From: Octopus sinensis
Lineage: Eukaryota
Assembly: GCF_006345805.1 (NCBI RefSeq)
Contig: NC_043003.1
Coordinates: 59,954,001 to 60,018,000, forward strand
Direction of reading: 5' to 3'
DNA: 64,000 bases
Under the pieces are notes generated by a model, which saw only the letters and a program-made list of their open reading frames with translations, had not been told where the DNA came from and did no database searches. Shown one piece after another: positions 1 to 13,338 of the stretch (its first letter is position 1; each line of letters begins with the position of its first letter). The position numbers were made by a program, and so were the translations under genes.

Positions 1-300
1 AGATTATTTCACCTAGATTTAATGCTAGGAAATACTAAAGTTGGATATCAAGGACGTAGTGACAATCTGTATATATATGTATTTATATCTGCTTTATATA
101 TGTTTGTGTGTAGTATGCATGTGTCAGTTTGTCGTTTATTGTACACATCACCTCCATACGACAATATAACGAAGGCGTTGGTAGCACTCTTAGTTAAAAC
201 AAATTTCAGCTGGAAAGAGACACCGGTCGTGAAAGCTGGTGTATGAAATGGCTTACATCCATGCTCAAAACTCATGCACACCGCTCTCGTGCACGCCCCA

Positions 301-362
<62 letters not shown>

Positions 363-533
363 ATATATATATATATATATAGATGTTCATGAGGATTTCC
401 TTCCTATTATGGTCACTAAGTTTACTCAAAATGAGAGGTCTAATATGTCATATCATCTTTTGAACTCGAAAATAGATGATACGTATAATCTACGTCTGAA
501 ACTGAACTACTACTACAACTACAACAACAACTG

Positions 534-591
<58 letters not shown>

Positions 592-1176
592 AGCAGTCTA
601 CGAAGTGGGGAAACCCTTCTGTCGAGCGATAATAGAGAATTTCACCGAGGATTTCCCGGAAGCGATTGTTGCTGAAGATTATGGACAATTTCCAACAGTG
701 CTTCCTTTATAATATTTATAGGTGTGGCTGTGTAGAACCCTCGTTAGTCTAACTTGTATTGGCATAGTTACAGGGTAAGTATAACGGCCGCTAGTAGTCG
801 TCATTGCTGGTAGTCGTTTTGTGGCTTTATGCATAACAGCTGATCGTGCGTCCGGTATGGAATCCAGTTAACGGCTAGGATATCGTGAAAATAGCTCCAT
901 CAGTTTATTTTGGCAATAAACAACGAACAACCAATCTGTGTTTTATAGTTATGTCGAAGGAAATTGCGAGATATGCGCGATTAAAAGGTTGGAGTTTAAA
1001 GAGATTTTTTCTCTCAAGCCAAGACTTCGAGTTCTTGAATAAACATATGAACAAGAATGCAGAGCTTTTGTTATTGCTGTCGTTGTTATTGGGTGACTGG
1101 AAGAAACATCAGAACATCAAAAAATGCATTGCAACACTTATTCTGGTTCCTTAAGTTATGAGCCGAAAGCAAGCAA

Positions 1177-1304
1177 ACCGAGATCAGCTTTGACTTTCTT
1201 CTATCCGAATTCGATAAAATAGTGTACCGGTCAAATAATGGGGCCGATAGTATCGAGAAACTTCATCCTATAAAGTTCCAGGCCTTGCGCTTATTCTAGT
1301 AATA

Positions 1305-1360
<56 letters not shown>
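1177..1360 (+). mobile_element. Family B SINE 3' fragment with expanded (ATT)n tail
   Basis: ctttgactttc...tcgataaaatagtgtacc...ccaggccttgcgcttattctagtaatatc followed by (ATT)n. Confidence 0.6.
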
Positions 1361-1361
<1 letters not shown>

Positions 1362-1579
1362 GTTGTAGTAGTAGTAGTCGTAGTAGAAGCAGCAGCAGCA
1401 GTAATAGTAATAGCAGCAGCAGTAGTAGTAATATTAGTAGCAGCAGCAACAGCCGTAGTAGTAGTATTAGTATATACATATATATACATACATACATACA
1501 CACACACACACGTACACACACACACACACTCGCGCACACACACCGACACACAGACACACACACACATATATATATACAT

Positions 1580-1644
<65 letters not shown>

Positions 1645-2453
1645 TCATGCAGATAAAACACCCTCCCCACCTCCACCACCACCACCAATATCTACTACTA
1701 CTACTACCACCCTTTTCATTGACCGTAACATTATCTCTCCTTTATATCATTACGATTCACTTAATAAGAGGATTCTTTATCCTTCTTTTTTTTTTTTTGT
1801 GTTTTGTTTTTTTTTTGTTTCTTTTCTGTCCCTTACTTATGACCAGACCTGACCAGAGAGATTCCACGCCTCACCCTTTCCACCTTTTGGCCAATGTTTC
1901 GTTCCTCCATCTTGCTTTCTTCTCTTCTGCACCCCTCCCTCCCTATCCTTCATACATACACCGAATCTCCGTTCTCTTCCCCCCCGCCGCCCCTTCCCCT
2001 CTTCATAGATCTTTCTGTTTTCTTCTTCATCTCACGGAGAATCCATTCTCGCCCTCGTCACCTTCCTTCGCCTCGTCTTCCCGCCACGTTTTATACACGA
2101 ATTATTCCCACCTTGGATGTGATTTTATTGGAACTAGCATTTTACCGACAACTTTTGCAATATACCCAATTTTGTGTTAACCTTTCCACTACCCCACCGT
2201 CCTGCAGCGCCACCAAACCGTCGTCTTGATTATCGCATCCCCGTTTGTAAAATGTGATTATCGTCATATTTCATTCTCTGTCAATTACTATCGAATGTAT
2301 CTGCCCTATGACGCTATCTCCAAGAATAATTTTGATTGGTTCGGATAGTGGCGCGTAATAGGATATTTTGGTAATGGCACGGCCGAAACAGAAGAGACTC
2401 AACCGATATCTACAGCTGCAATTAACCACATACATATACGCACGTTTGTATGC

Positions 2454-2532
<79 letters not shown>

Positions 2533-3081
2533 TATGTATATGTATATGCCTATATGTATGTATGTATATATATATACATATATATGTGTGTGTGTGTGTC
2601 TATACATAGATAGAGAGAGAGAGAGGGATAGATGGATGGATGCATGTATCTATGCATGTATGTATGCACATGCATAAGTTCGCACTTATGCATACACCTA
2701 TGTATGCGTGAATATTTTGCCTGTATGTGTATGTGTGTGTTTGGATGTGTGTGGATGTGTATGGATATCTATGTATGTACCTACATATGCATCTATCTAC
2801 GTGTTATGTGTGCATGCATGTATGTATTTCTCACTTTCAGAATCACCCTTGCAGGCAAATTGTTAATTGGCACGGCTTGAAATTAATGTTAATTTCAAGG
2901 ACGTGCTGCGGATGTCATGGAAATCATCCTTTTATGATTGATAACCTTGACAGAAAAGCTTTTCCTTGTTCACACTTAAAATACACTTTGACCATGCCTT
3001 GTCTTCCATAAGTTTCATTTCAAATATGTTAAAATAAAATCTTCGTGAAGACTCCCTCTAAGAATCTTATATCATTATTAC

Positions 3082-3130
<49 letters not shown>

Positions 3131-3577
3131 TGCTAGCAATAAAATACATTTATTTACGCATTCATTTAAATCAGCACTGATTTAAACATGGCGTACACGA
3201 TTTTTAGGAACGACAAACATTAAAGTATAGTATTGTGAATATAGTAGTTTTACCTTACATTTATCTAATTCATGTTCAAATGTCTTTAAATATAAAACAA
3301 CATTAAAATGAAACATCGTTCATTTAATGTATTAGCTGTAACCTAAATATTTCTAACTTGAATACTTGAATACTAGCAATTATGGACTTAAGGATGTAAT
3401 AGAATATTATATTTTAACTGGCTAAATCCAACCATTATATTATATTATATTTCCTGTTTCCCGTTTCACTCAACTAAATGTTTGTGCGTGTGTGCATGTG
3501 TGAAGAAATGCATATATGTAGCCATACGCGTTCCCACTTTGTTGGTTGTATATGTGTGTGGGTGTGATGTTTTGTGC

Positions 3578-3634
<57 letters not shown>

Positions 3635-4529
3635 CGATTGAACAGACTCAGATAGAATCGCGTGAGGATCACCTGCCTCTGTAGATAATTCAACAAATTC
3701 ACACACACACGTATATATCACAAGTACATACGCCTTCACACATGTGTGTATATATTTGTGCATCCGTGCTTGTGTGAGTGTATCTATAAGTAACATAAAA
3801 ATGAGAAATAGAACTTAATATATGACTATATAAAATTTCTGAATATTTTCATATGCGGAATTCTTAGTCTTTGAGATGATTTACTAACTTTTCCGCTTAC
3901 GCTAAATGTGTACGTATATAAGTCCTTATGTATTTGTGCGCGATGGTATGTCTCTGAAAGATATAAACCTCAGCGAGAAACACGCCGATAAGCCAAGAGC
4001 CGAGCAAAACTTCGTGAAATTCATTCCACCAGCGTTACGCCAGACACACCCTTGTCACCCACGTCACTAGAAATGCAATGAAGCAGTAATTAAACTTTAA
4101 AAAAAAAAAAACAGAAGAAACCTCCGAACTTAGAACCAATGATGCTTATAATTCACAAAGTATATAATATATAAAATAAAATCAAAAATTAAAAATACTA
4201 TATAAATAAACATTCTGCCATATTTCTTAATTATAATCTGAAAATTTATTGATTTTAAAATTCCTGAATTCAAAGATATCCATAGAGAAAATTTAAGTAT
4301 ACGCTTTCTTTATTCGGATATTATTGATGAATAGGTTTCTTAGAGTAAATTAACCTAAGATGTTGTTCATTTGTCTGATAGTGTAGGTTCCTTGGGAGGC
4401 GTTGCCACTGGCTTTTACAGCCTGAAGCTGGGCCGATATCAAAAGCACATATGGACTATGCGTGCGTAGGTAACAATAGTGATTTCGTGATTAATGTCCT
4501 TTATGTGTATGTGTATATATATGTATGTA

Positions 4530-4567
<38 letters not shown>

Positions 4568-5089
4568 CATACACACACCATACACCCACAAGCATATATA
4601 TATACACACCACACACATACATATACAAACACATATACATAAATATATTTATATGAATACATAATACGCATAAATATATGTATATATTTACATATATAAA
4701 TGTCCCTAAGCCATACAATTTGAGCGTATGCACACAGCAGCTTTTATGTATGTATGCATGTATGCATATATTTTTGTATGTATGTATTCAAGTATGCGCA
4801 AATTATGTGCTGTGTATTTGGAAACTGCAGATGTTAATATTTCTTATTACCTTCCTGACCTAAATTTCATACAAAAATGTTAGTTCAGTTAATATTTAAT
4901 TAAATGCAATATTAACTCATATACCAATCAACGCCCAACCTTGCTTCTTCGGCATATTCTCTTGGTTAATTTTCATTATTTCCAAATATTTGCTGACTCT
5001 ATATTTCGATAACCTCACACTGAAAATATCTATAACAACTATATCTCTACGTTGTTGCATGTACTTCATGTACTGTTATTAATTATAAA

Positions 5090-5335
5090 GGTGCATGGCC
5101 TAAACTAGTGTCTAGTCAGTGGACTTAAGATCGTGAGGTTTTGGGTTCGATCTATGGACCAGACCACGCATTGTGACTTGAAAAATGTATATCTTTTCAT
5201 TTAGTGGAAAGTGAGCGCCTGTGATCCTTGTTTGTGATTAATCGTGTAACAGACTAGCGTTCAATGCAGGAAAAATGTCTAGTACACTCATTCGTCTAAA
5301 CACCTTGCAAAGCTGGGCATCATCCTAACTCAGCT
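5090..5335 (+). mobile_element. Degenerate tRNA-derived SINE
   Basis: ggtgcatggcc head, gatcgtgaggttttgggttcgatc with B-box GGTTCGATC at 5144-5152, followed by ggaccag; similar to the family C head. Confidence 0.5.
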
Positions 5336-5431
5336 TCCCATAGGTTTAAGGTAGATTGCTGTAAATTATAAAGTAAATACTTTTTCACAGGAGAAATTGA
5401 GAAGTAGATATATACACACACACCACGCACG

Positions 5432-5471
<40 letters not shown>

Positions 5472-5866
5472 CACACACACACACACGCACAAACACACAC
5501 ACACATATGGAGTGGGTGGAAATGCGTATATGTGCGTATATATATATATTTCTGTGTGTATGTATTTCGAATTTTCACTGATTTACCAAGTGATTTGATT
5601 GGAGAACCTGTTTTGAGAATGAAGAAATTACATCATAGAAAGGCCAGTTTCTACATTTTGAGACCTCATAGTTTTCAATTAATTTTAATTCCTTTCTTAA
5701 CGACGGGAACTCGGTTACTGGAAGTTAGATTCACAAGAATTATATTCACTAGAATTATATCAGGGATGAGGTTACAGCGGTACGACGAATATTTATTTTT
5801 TATGGTTGAAATAAAAAATGAAAAGTGGGTTTAACAAATGTCCTCACAATTCAGGGAACGACGATG

Positions 5867-5949
<83 letters not shown>

Positions 5950-5952
<3 letters not shown>

Positions 5953-6074
5953 CACTCGCAAACCTTTTGGTCGGCCCAAAGCCATAGTAGAAGGTACTTG
6001 CACAACGTGCCATGCACTAAGACGGAACTTGCAACTATGTGGCTGGTAAGCAAGTTTCTTACCACAGACCCACG

Positions 6075-6078
<4 letters not shown>
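5950..6078 (-). mobile_element. Family A SINE, 5' part
   Basis: Reverse complement reads taggcgtgggtctgtggtaagaaacttgcttaccagccacat...tctactatggctttgggccgaccaaaaggtttgcgagtgga. Confidence 0.75.
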
Positions 6079-6136
<58 letters not shown>

Positions 6137-6319
6137 TATACATATATATATATATATATACATCACAAATTATCATTAAAATGAAAAGTTACTCAATACT
6201 TTTATCTTGTGAAGTAGCTATTTTTTAGAAGAAACAGTGTGATAGTGGCATCGAAGTTTCATCCTGAAAGCGAGCTGGCAGTATCTCGGAAGTCACTCCC
6301 ATACCTCACCTCTTCTTGC

Positions 6320-6351
<32 letters not shown>

Positions 6352-6501
6352 ATAGAAGGAATCATACACTGCTGAACAAACGAATTCTGAGAACGAAATA
6401 TAGACAGATAATCAGAAAGAGAAACAATAAGACAAGCAGACAGGCATGCAGAGAAAACGCATAGAGAGTTAGCTAGAAAGATAGATAGACTGAAAGATAG
6501 A

Positions 6502-6549
<48 letters not shown>

Positions 6550-7483
6550 AACACATACAGACAGACAGATAGAATATGTTTGCTTTCCCTGCTTCCTAAA
6601 TCTTATTGAATATTGGTGGCGAAATATTAGCCACAATGGTGTATCAGTAAAATTAGCAGCTAGATCCAAGTTAATTGTAACTTCTGACCTGCCAACGGAA
6701 GTAATACCATTCAGTAAACTCTAGACGGAAGCCAATTTCACCTCTCCATTAACATTCCAATTTGTGAAAGCTTTTATAATTAGAAATCGAAATTCATAAC
6801 AACAACAACAACAATAGTAATAATAATAATGATATATAAATAAATAAATAAATAAAATATAGAACAGAAATAAATGGAACAAAATAAACTTTAATTTAAG
6901 ATAACAAACATCATAAAATATAACTCATATATTAAAAGAAAAACATAAAACAACATACACTCAGAATATATCATCATCATCATTATCATCATCATAATAA
7001 TAATCATCATAATAATCATCATCATAATTATCATCGTCGTCGTCATCATCATCATAATCATCATTGGTACTTATTTTATAGCTCCTTCAAATTTATTTTT
7101 CACGCTCAGATTTGTATGGAAAATAAAATAAATATATTTATATAGCGACAAAAAAAAGCAACAACAACAAAAAAAAACTAAAAGATATATGCAGCATATT
7201 TCAAAAACATCTACATAACAACAATATGTATAACACGACCACTGGCAACAACAAAACCAACCCACAGAAAGTAATGACATCTATATAAATACATATAGAT
7301 ATAGACACACAGACTGGTAGATAGATAGATAGACCTATATATATATATATATATATATATGTACATATATATACATATATACACATATATTTGTCTATAA
7401 TATATACATATAGAGATATGTATATTTCTATCTCTACATTGTGACTGAGCCAGCAGTGGAATATGAGATACTTTAATACTTTC

Positions 7484-7549
<66 letters not shown>

Positions 7550-7767
7550 AAGTTCACGTGCTGATACCTTTGTTTCTTAAGTCAATTATATTCAGTGTTA
7601 GTGTTTGTTAGAATTTTTGTTGTTACTGTTACCATTTTTTCCCCCACCCGCTACCTCTTCCCCCACTGCCATTTTCTTGTAATTCACCTTCTTCTTTTCA
7701 TTTCATTCCTTCTCTCCGTCTCACCGTCTCTTTCATGCACATCACAGTAATTCCATTCATCTTCATA

Positions 7768-7810
7768 ATAATAATAATAATGTTAATAATAATAATAATA
7801 ATAATAATGA

Positions 7811-7844
<34 letters not shown>

Positions 7845-7874
7845 TATAACAATAATAATAATAATAATTATAAC

Positions 7875-7930
<56 letters not shown>

Positions 7931-8091
7931 TTATCATCATGATTATCATCGTCAACACTACCACCACCACCACCACCACCACCATCATCGTCATCTTCAT
8001 TATCGTGGGGGGTAGTCGATGTCTTCGTCGTCGGCATCTTCACCAACACCACCATCAACATCTCTATTGCTATCACATAACAACACTTCTA

Positions 8092-8122
<31 letters not shown>

Positions 8123-8128
8123 TATTAC

Positions 8129-8215
<87 letters not shown>
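7768..8215. repeat. (ATA)n array, GC-richer spacer, then (TTA)n/(TCA)n array
   Basis: Visible directly; gives the poly-I/poly-L/poly-N ORFs in the track. Confidence 0.95.
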
Positions 8216-8529
8216 TGCCTGCTCCCAAATCACCGCTATCACCAGCATCAACATCACCACTCATGTTTCAAGCAACTTCTTATTTATTTATTTATTTGTT
8301 GGATTGCCATTTTGAAACAACCTGAAAAATCTGTCCTGAAGAAATAGCATCACAAGCAAAGGTGGTCGAGTTTTTTCAAATGCTACATCTTAAAGACATT
8401 AACACATTACAACACAACTTCACCTGAAAACATTCCCTTTAAAACACTTATATTCCACCCCTCTGCCTCTCTTTCTCTTTGCTAGTCTCCCTACCTTCGA
8501 CCCTCTTTCCCCTTCTCTCTCTCTCTCTT

Positions 8530-8576
<47 letters not shown>

Positions 8577-8769
8577 CCTTAAGAACAGCGTAAAGTGGGA
8601 ACAAATGAAATAAATTAATGAATATGGTTAACGAAAACATATATATTAAGCAAACGAAAGTAACTATAATAAATAAATAAATGAATAAAAAATACATTAT
8701 TAAGTAAATAAAATTTTAAAAAATACTAGTCACAATGCTTCGGAAGAAATAATGCCAAAAAACAACACA

Positions 8770-8825
<56 letters not shown>

Positions 8826-8839
8826 TAATAATAATAATG

Positions 8840-8885
<46 letters not shown>

Positions 8886-8893
8886 TAGATATC

Positions 8894-8944
<51 letters not shown>

Positions 8945-8999
8945 TATTATAACAACGAACACAGCAACAATGATGATAAAAACAATAAAAAATAAGAGC

Positions 9000-9040
<41 letters not shown>

Positions 9041-9055
9041 TAATAGTAATAATAT
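8770..9055. repeat. (AAT)n-(ATT)n-(AAT)n opposing trinucleotide arrays
   Basis: (AAT)n 8770-8883, AGATATCT centre, (ATT)n 8898-8950, (AAT)n from ~9000. Confidence 0.95.
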
Positions 9056-9597
9056 TAATGTTGTGATGAAGATGAAGGAGCCGTGAGTTATTGATGGAAG
9101 AAAGGGGAGGAACAGTGGGGGTTAATTAGCATGTTTCATCTGCACAAGTCATATTTTTTCCTCATTACTCAAACACACACACTCACTCGCAGACAGTCAC
9201 ACACCTAAATACATACACATAATCATATATATACGCCTATATATGCTTAATAGATACTCATGTTGTTCTCAATACGTGAAAAAAAAATGGTATTTTCCAA
9301 TGAAAGTTACTCATTAAAAAAATTAAAATTTAATTAGCGCTATGGCAACAAGGTTTATGTGATGAAAATAGAACGAAATTAAAGAATCTCGAAGCTCTAA
9401 GTCAAAATAAATACATATATATTGAGGTGACTTGAGAATTAATCTGGAATATCTTAAGATTCGGCGGGTCGGGGTACATACTCTTGTATATGTTTGCATG
9501 TGCGTATATATATATATATATATATATATACGTGTGTGTGTATATATATGTATGTATGCATATATACTAACTATGTATATATATATATATAGGTATG

Positions 9598-9629
<32 letters not shown>

Positions 9630-9688
9630 CACGTATATATATATATATATATATATACATATATGTGCATGTGTATATATATATATTA

Positions 9689-9777
<89 letters not shown>

Positions 9778-10207
9778 TATACAGTTATGTGTGTGTGTGT
9801 GTGTAGACGCACACAAAATATTTAGCGATTTTCTGTTTTGTTTGTTTCCATGTATTTCATTTTGTTCTACGCACAGATGAAATAATGTCATCATAGCAAA
9901 AGAAAACAAAACACAAAAAAAACAAAGAAAAATAACAATGAACGAAAGAAAGGAAAAGGAAGCTTCTTCCTCTGGAAACATAACAAACAGGCGATAAATA
10001 ATAAGAAAATGGGATAATAGAAAACACACAATAAAATAAAAATCATCTTTGAAGATGTATAAAACGGTTTGGTGAGAGTTTTCGAGTATGATTAATATTA
10101 TTTGTCATGTTGTCGTTTGGCTCAGATTTGCACCGTGTTCTGTCTAAATAAACACTACCTTGGTGTTAGGTTAGAATATGATTAATACTGTGTAGATAAC
10201 GCTAATG

Positions 10208-10271
<64 letters not shown>

Positions 10272-10433
10272 CATGTACATATGCATGTATATATATGTGT
10301 GTGTATGTTTGTAAGTATACATACAAAGATATTATAAATATATATATATAAACATATATGTCTCTTCTGTTTTAATCAGTTATATATGTAAGTAATATAA
10401 AAACACGCACAAAAACGCACACAAACACCTACA

Positions 10434-10465
<32 letters not shown>

Positions 10466-11519
10466 TATTTACATGTAGTAGGTAATGAACACAAAACAGG
10501 AGAAAACCAGAAGGACGAAATTTAACAAAGGTGTTATTAGTTTAACGCTTAAGGAAGGGTGTGTGTATATATATATATATATATATACACGTACACACCC
10601 CCATTTATTTCACCGTATTTTTGTGTATGAATACGTGCGCTTGCGCCTGCTTATGTGTGTGTGTGAGTGTGTATGTGTGTGTGTGTGTATGTGTGCTCGT
10701 GATCAAATTAGCAAATCTATTAAGCTGAGACTCACGTAGAACAGATTTAAAAAATTACTTATTGAAATATATATAGAAAATCCTTCAAGAAAAAATGAAA
10801 AGCAACTAATAAAAGAAATCTAGATAATTAATTAATTACTTTTCTAGTAAAATCTTATAACTTTCCGTTAAAATCTCATTTTCCTTTTTTAAATTACAAA
10901 TAAAATTCAAAGAAGTAAATTTAAAAATATCAATAATTTAAAACTATAAAGTGAAATATAAAATGTGAAATAAGAAGAAAAAACATACAGTTATGATTAA
11001 AAATGGAGTATTTTGAAAAGACGGCTATAAATTCACAGTTTTAGAATGTGAAATATTTATTTATACACATAGTGTATTCCTGTTTTCATTGCTACAACAA
11101 CCTCTTCCTTTTTCATAAATTTTATCCCATTACGTGAAAGGTATTGTGCATCGTCTACTGACCAATCCGCTTTCGCCATCGGTCTCTAGTCGTCGCATTA
11201 TCAATATCTTCTGTAAATTTTGTACTGCATATGACTGCGCTGTCATTGGCAAGAGTAATCTATCTTTGACGAAGCTCTTTACGGTTTAAAGGGACAATCA
11301 AACTTTACTAAGTATGTCCACTCACAAACCAATGATGTTTTAACAAAAATAAGCATTAGTCTTATAAAGGAATTTAAGAGTAGATTCGCTTTATTCTCAA
11401 TTATACAAACTCCGTTGGGCCAGAATTGGTCTTATTTTCTATGGTGTTTCAGTCACTGCGACAAGATTCCCCCCATCAGCTGGGCGTTTGATAGTTAAAT
11501 GTATTGAAGCAAAGTGATT

Positions 11520-11600
11520 TGAAATGTAATGCTGATAGATAGGAATACACTGCCTGGCCTGAGAACTGAACTCACGACCATAAGTTCGTGAGCTTAGATA
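11520..11600 (-). mobile_element. tRNA-derived SINE head
   Basis: Reverse complement gctcacgaacttatggtcgtgagttcagttctcaggccaggcagtgtattcc: anticodon-arm-like stem ctcacga/tcgtgag plus a B-box-like segment. Confidence 0.5.
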
Positions 11601-11615
11601 CTATATCACATGTTT

Positions 11616-11652
<37 letters not shown>

Positions 11653-12621
11653 TGTGTAGTAACATCGAACCATTCCTACTTACCCCCATAAGTAAATCAA
11701 ATCAAAATGGAGTTCGAAATCTTTGTTTCTCTGTTGCTCATTCAGAGACACATACGACACGGTTGTATGCTTAGGTTCCTTTCGATATAGTTATCAGGTA
11801 ATGTGTGTATAGGTTGAATCCACCAAATGTTACTTCAACGGGGAACCGATAAAGTAGCACACATCATCAATTGTCAATTGACATTTGTAGATACCAGTAT
11901 TAATAAATACTCTAACACTGAAACTATGTGCTTTCTCTAAAAATGGGCTGAGACGAGGAATAGGTTCTATAAGGCTTAAAATGCCGAAGCCACGCTGTAT
12001 GTCAGGACCTACAACTTCATAAAAAGTTGAAGATCCAATGATGGAAGAAGGATATTTTAAAATGTCTAGTGAGAGCTCTGTCAGGGGATAGTTATTCATA
12101 TATTTGCTTGAAGCTTGCAAGAGGAGTACGTAATTTCTCTGCTAGAGGGTTTATTAGCACTAATATCTGCAAGTGGCTATTCCATTAACCAGCGCTTAGT
12201 GAAAGAAATATCTGATAGATATATCCAACGGAATCAACTTATACTCACAATACTTATGACTACATCCAAAGCAGCGTCTATATACAATACCTGGTAGCTA
12301 TAACTAATGACTTCTATTGCCTATTGCATAATATTTGATCTCACTCTTATTGATATCAATTGTGATATTGTGATAGAGCAGCTGTAGCAACACATTTACA
12401 ATGTCTATTATAAATTGACGCGTATCTTGCCGATGTCAACGTGCCATTGGTCATAATTGTAATCTGGTGAGGCCAAGATTCTTGGCTGAAGACTCGTGAG
12501 TTCTTATTCTGTCGTTAATAAAGTGGTATGCTTTAGGCAAAATACTGAATTCGTATAGCTTCACATACCAGGTATGCGGACAGCAGGAAAGAGAAGAGAG
12601 AAAGAGAGAAAGAGAGAAAGG

Positions 12622-12654
<33 letters not shown>

Positions 12655-13296
12655 GGGAAGAGAGACAGACAGACAGACAAACAGATAGACAGAAAGACAG
12701 ACAGATAGAAAGACAGACAGAAGGAGAGAGATAAACATATGGACAAGCAGACAGACAAGGAAAGACAATAGTGGAAGACGATAAAATAACGAGACAATTT
12801 CCGTGAGCGCGTATGTTTATATATATAACCATAAGCTCAGTTAAGGAGATGTGGTAGGTACGAAATTATTTAATTCTGGTAGAAAGATATAACTGAAAGA
12901 AACGCAACCAAAACCTCCACCATCAGCAACACCATCGCTACAAAACTCTGCTATCTAAGCTTTGCTTTAAATTAGTTATATGAGAGATAAGCGAAGAAAT
13001 ATACATTTTTTTCATACACCAAGTCCCAAGCACTCTTGGTATATCTGAATCAAAACAGTGGAAGTATTATATAAACAAGAAAATAATCTGATCATTTTTG
13101 TTCACAATGGACGTCGTAGGGTGAAGTGAAGATATATTTGTCAACTATGAATGTAACAGATAAGATCAAGTTGTTGTTATTGTCATCGTTTCTTGACCCT
13201 TCAGACAAAGATCTGTTTTGTTTTATTATTTTTTTCTATTTATTTCTGTCCTGCTGAACAACAGACTGCAACTAGACATCTAGATTGCACTTCTGA

Positions 13297-13338
<42 letters not shown>

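Noticed and set aside
1647-2229. 177-aa and 111-aa Pro/Ser-rich ORFs as a possible AP-2 transactivation exon
   Set aside because: No FQPPYFPPPY or other AP-2 motif in any frame; composition is explained by the C/T-rich DNA.
5570-5650. Frame reading FTDLPSDL, reminiscent of an invertebrate AP-2 linker motif
   Set aside because: No acceptor or donor around it and similarity is limited to 4 residues.
11830-12297. Complex-sequence ORFs (96 aa minus strand, 60 aa plus strand)
   Set aside because: No recognisable RT, endonuclease or host-protein motif; could be an old TE remnant but I cannot support it.
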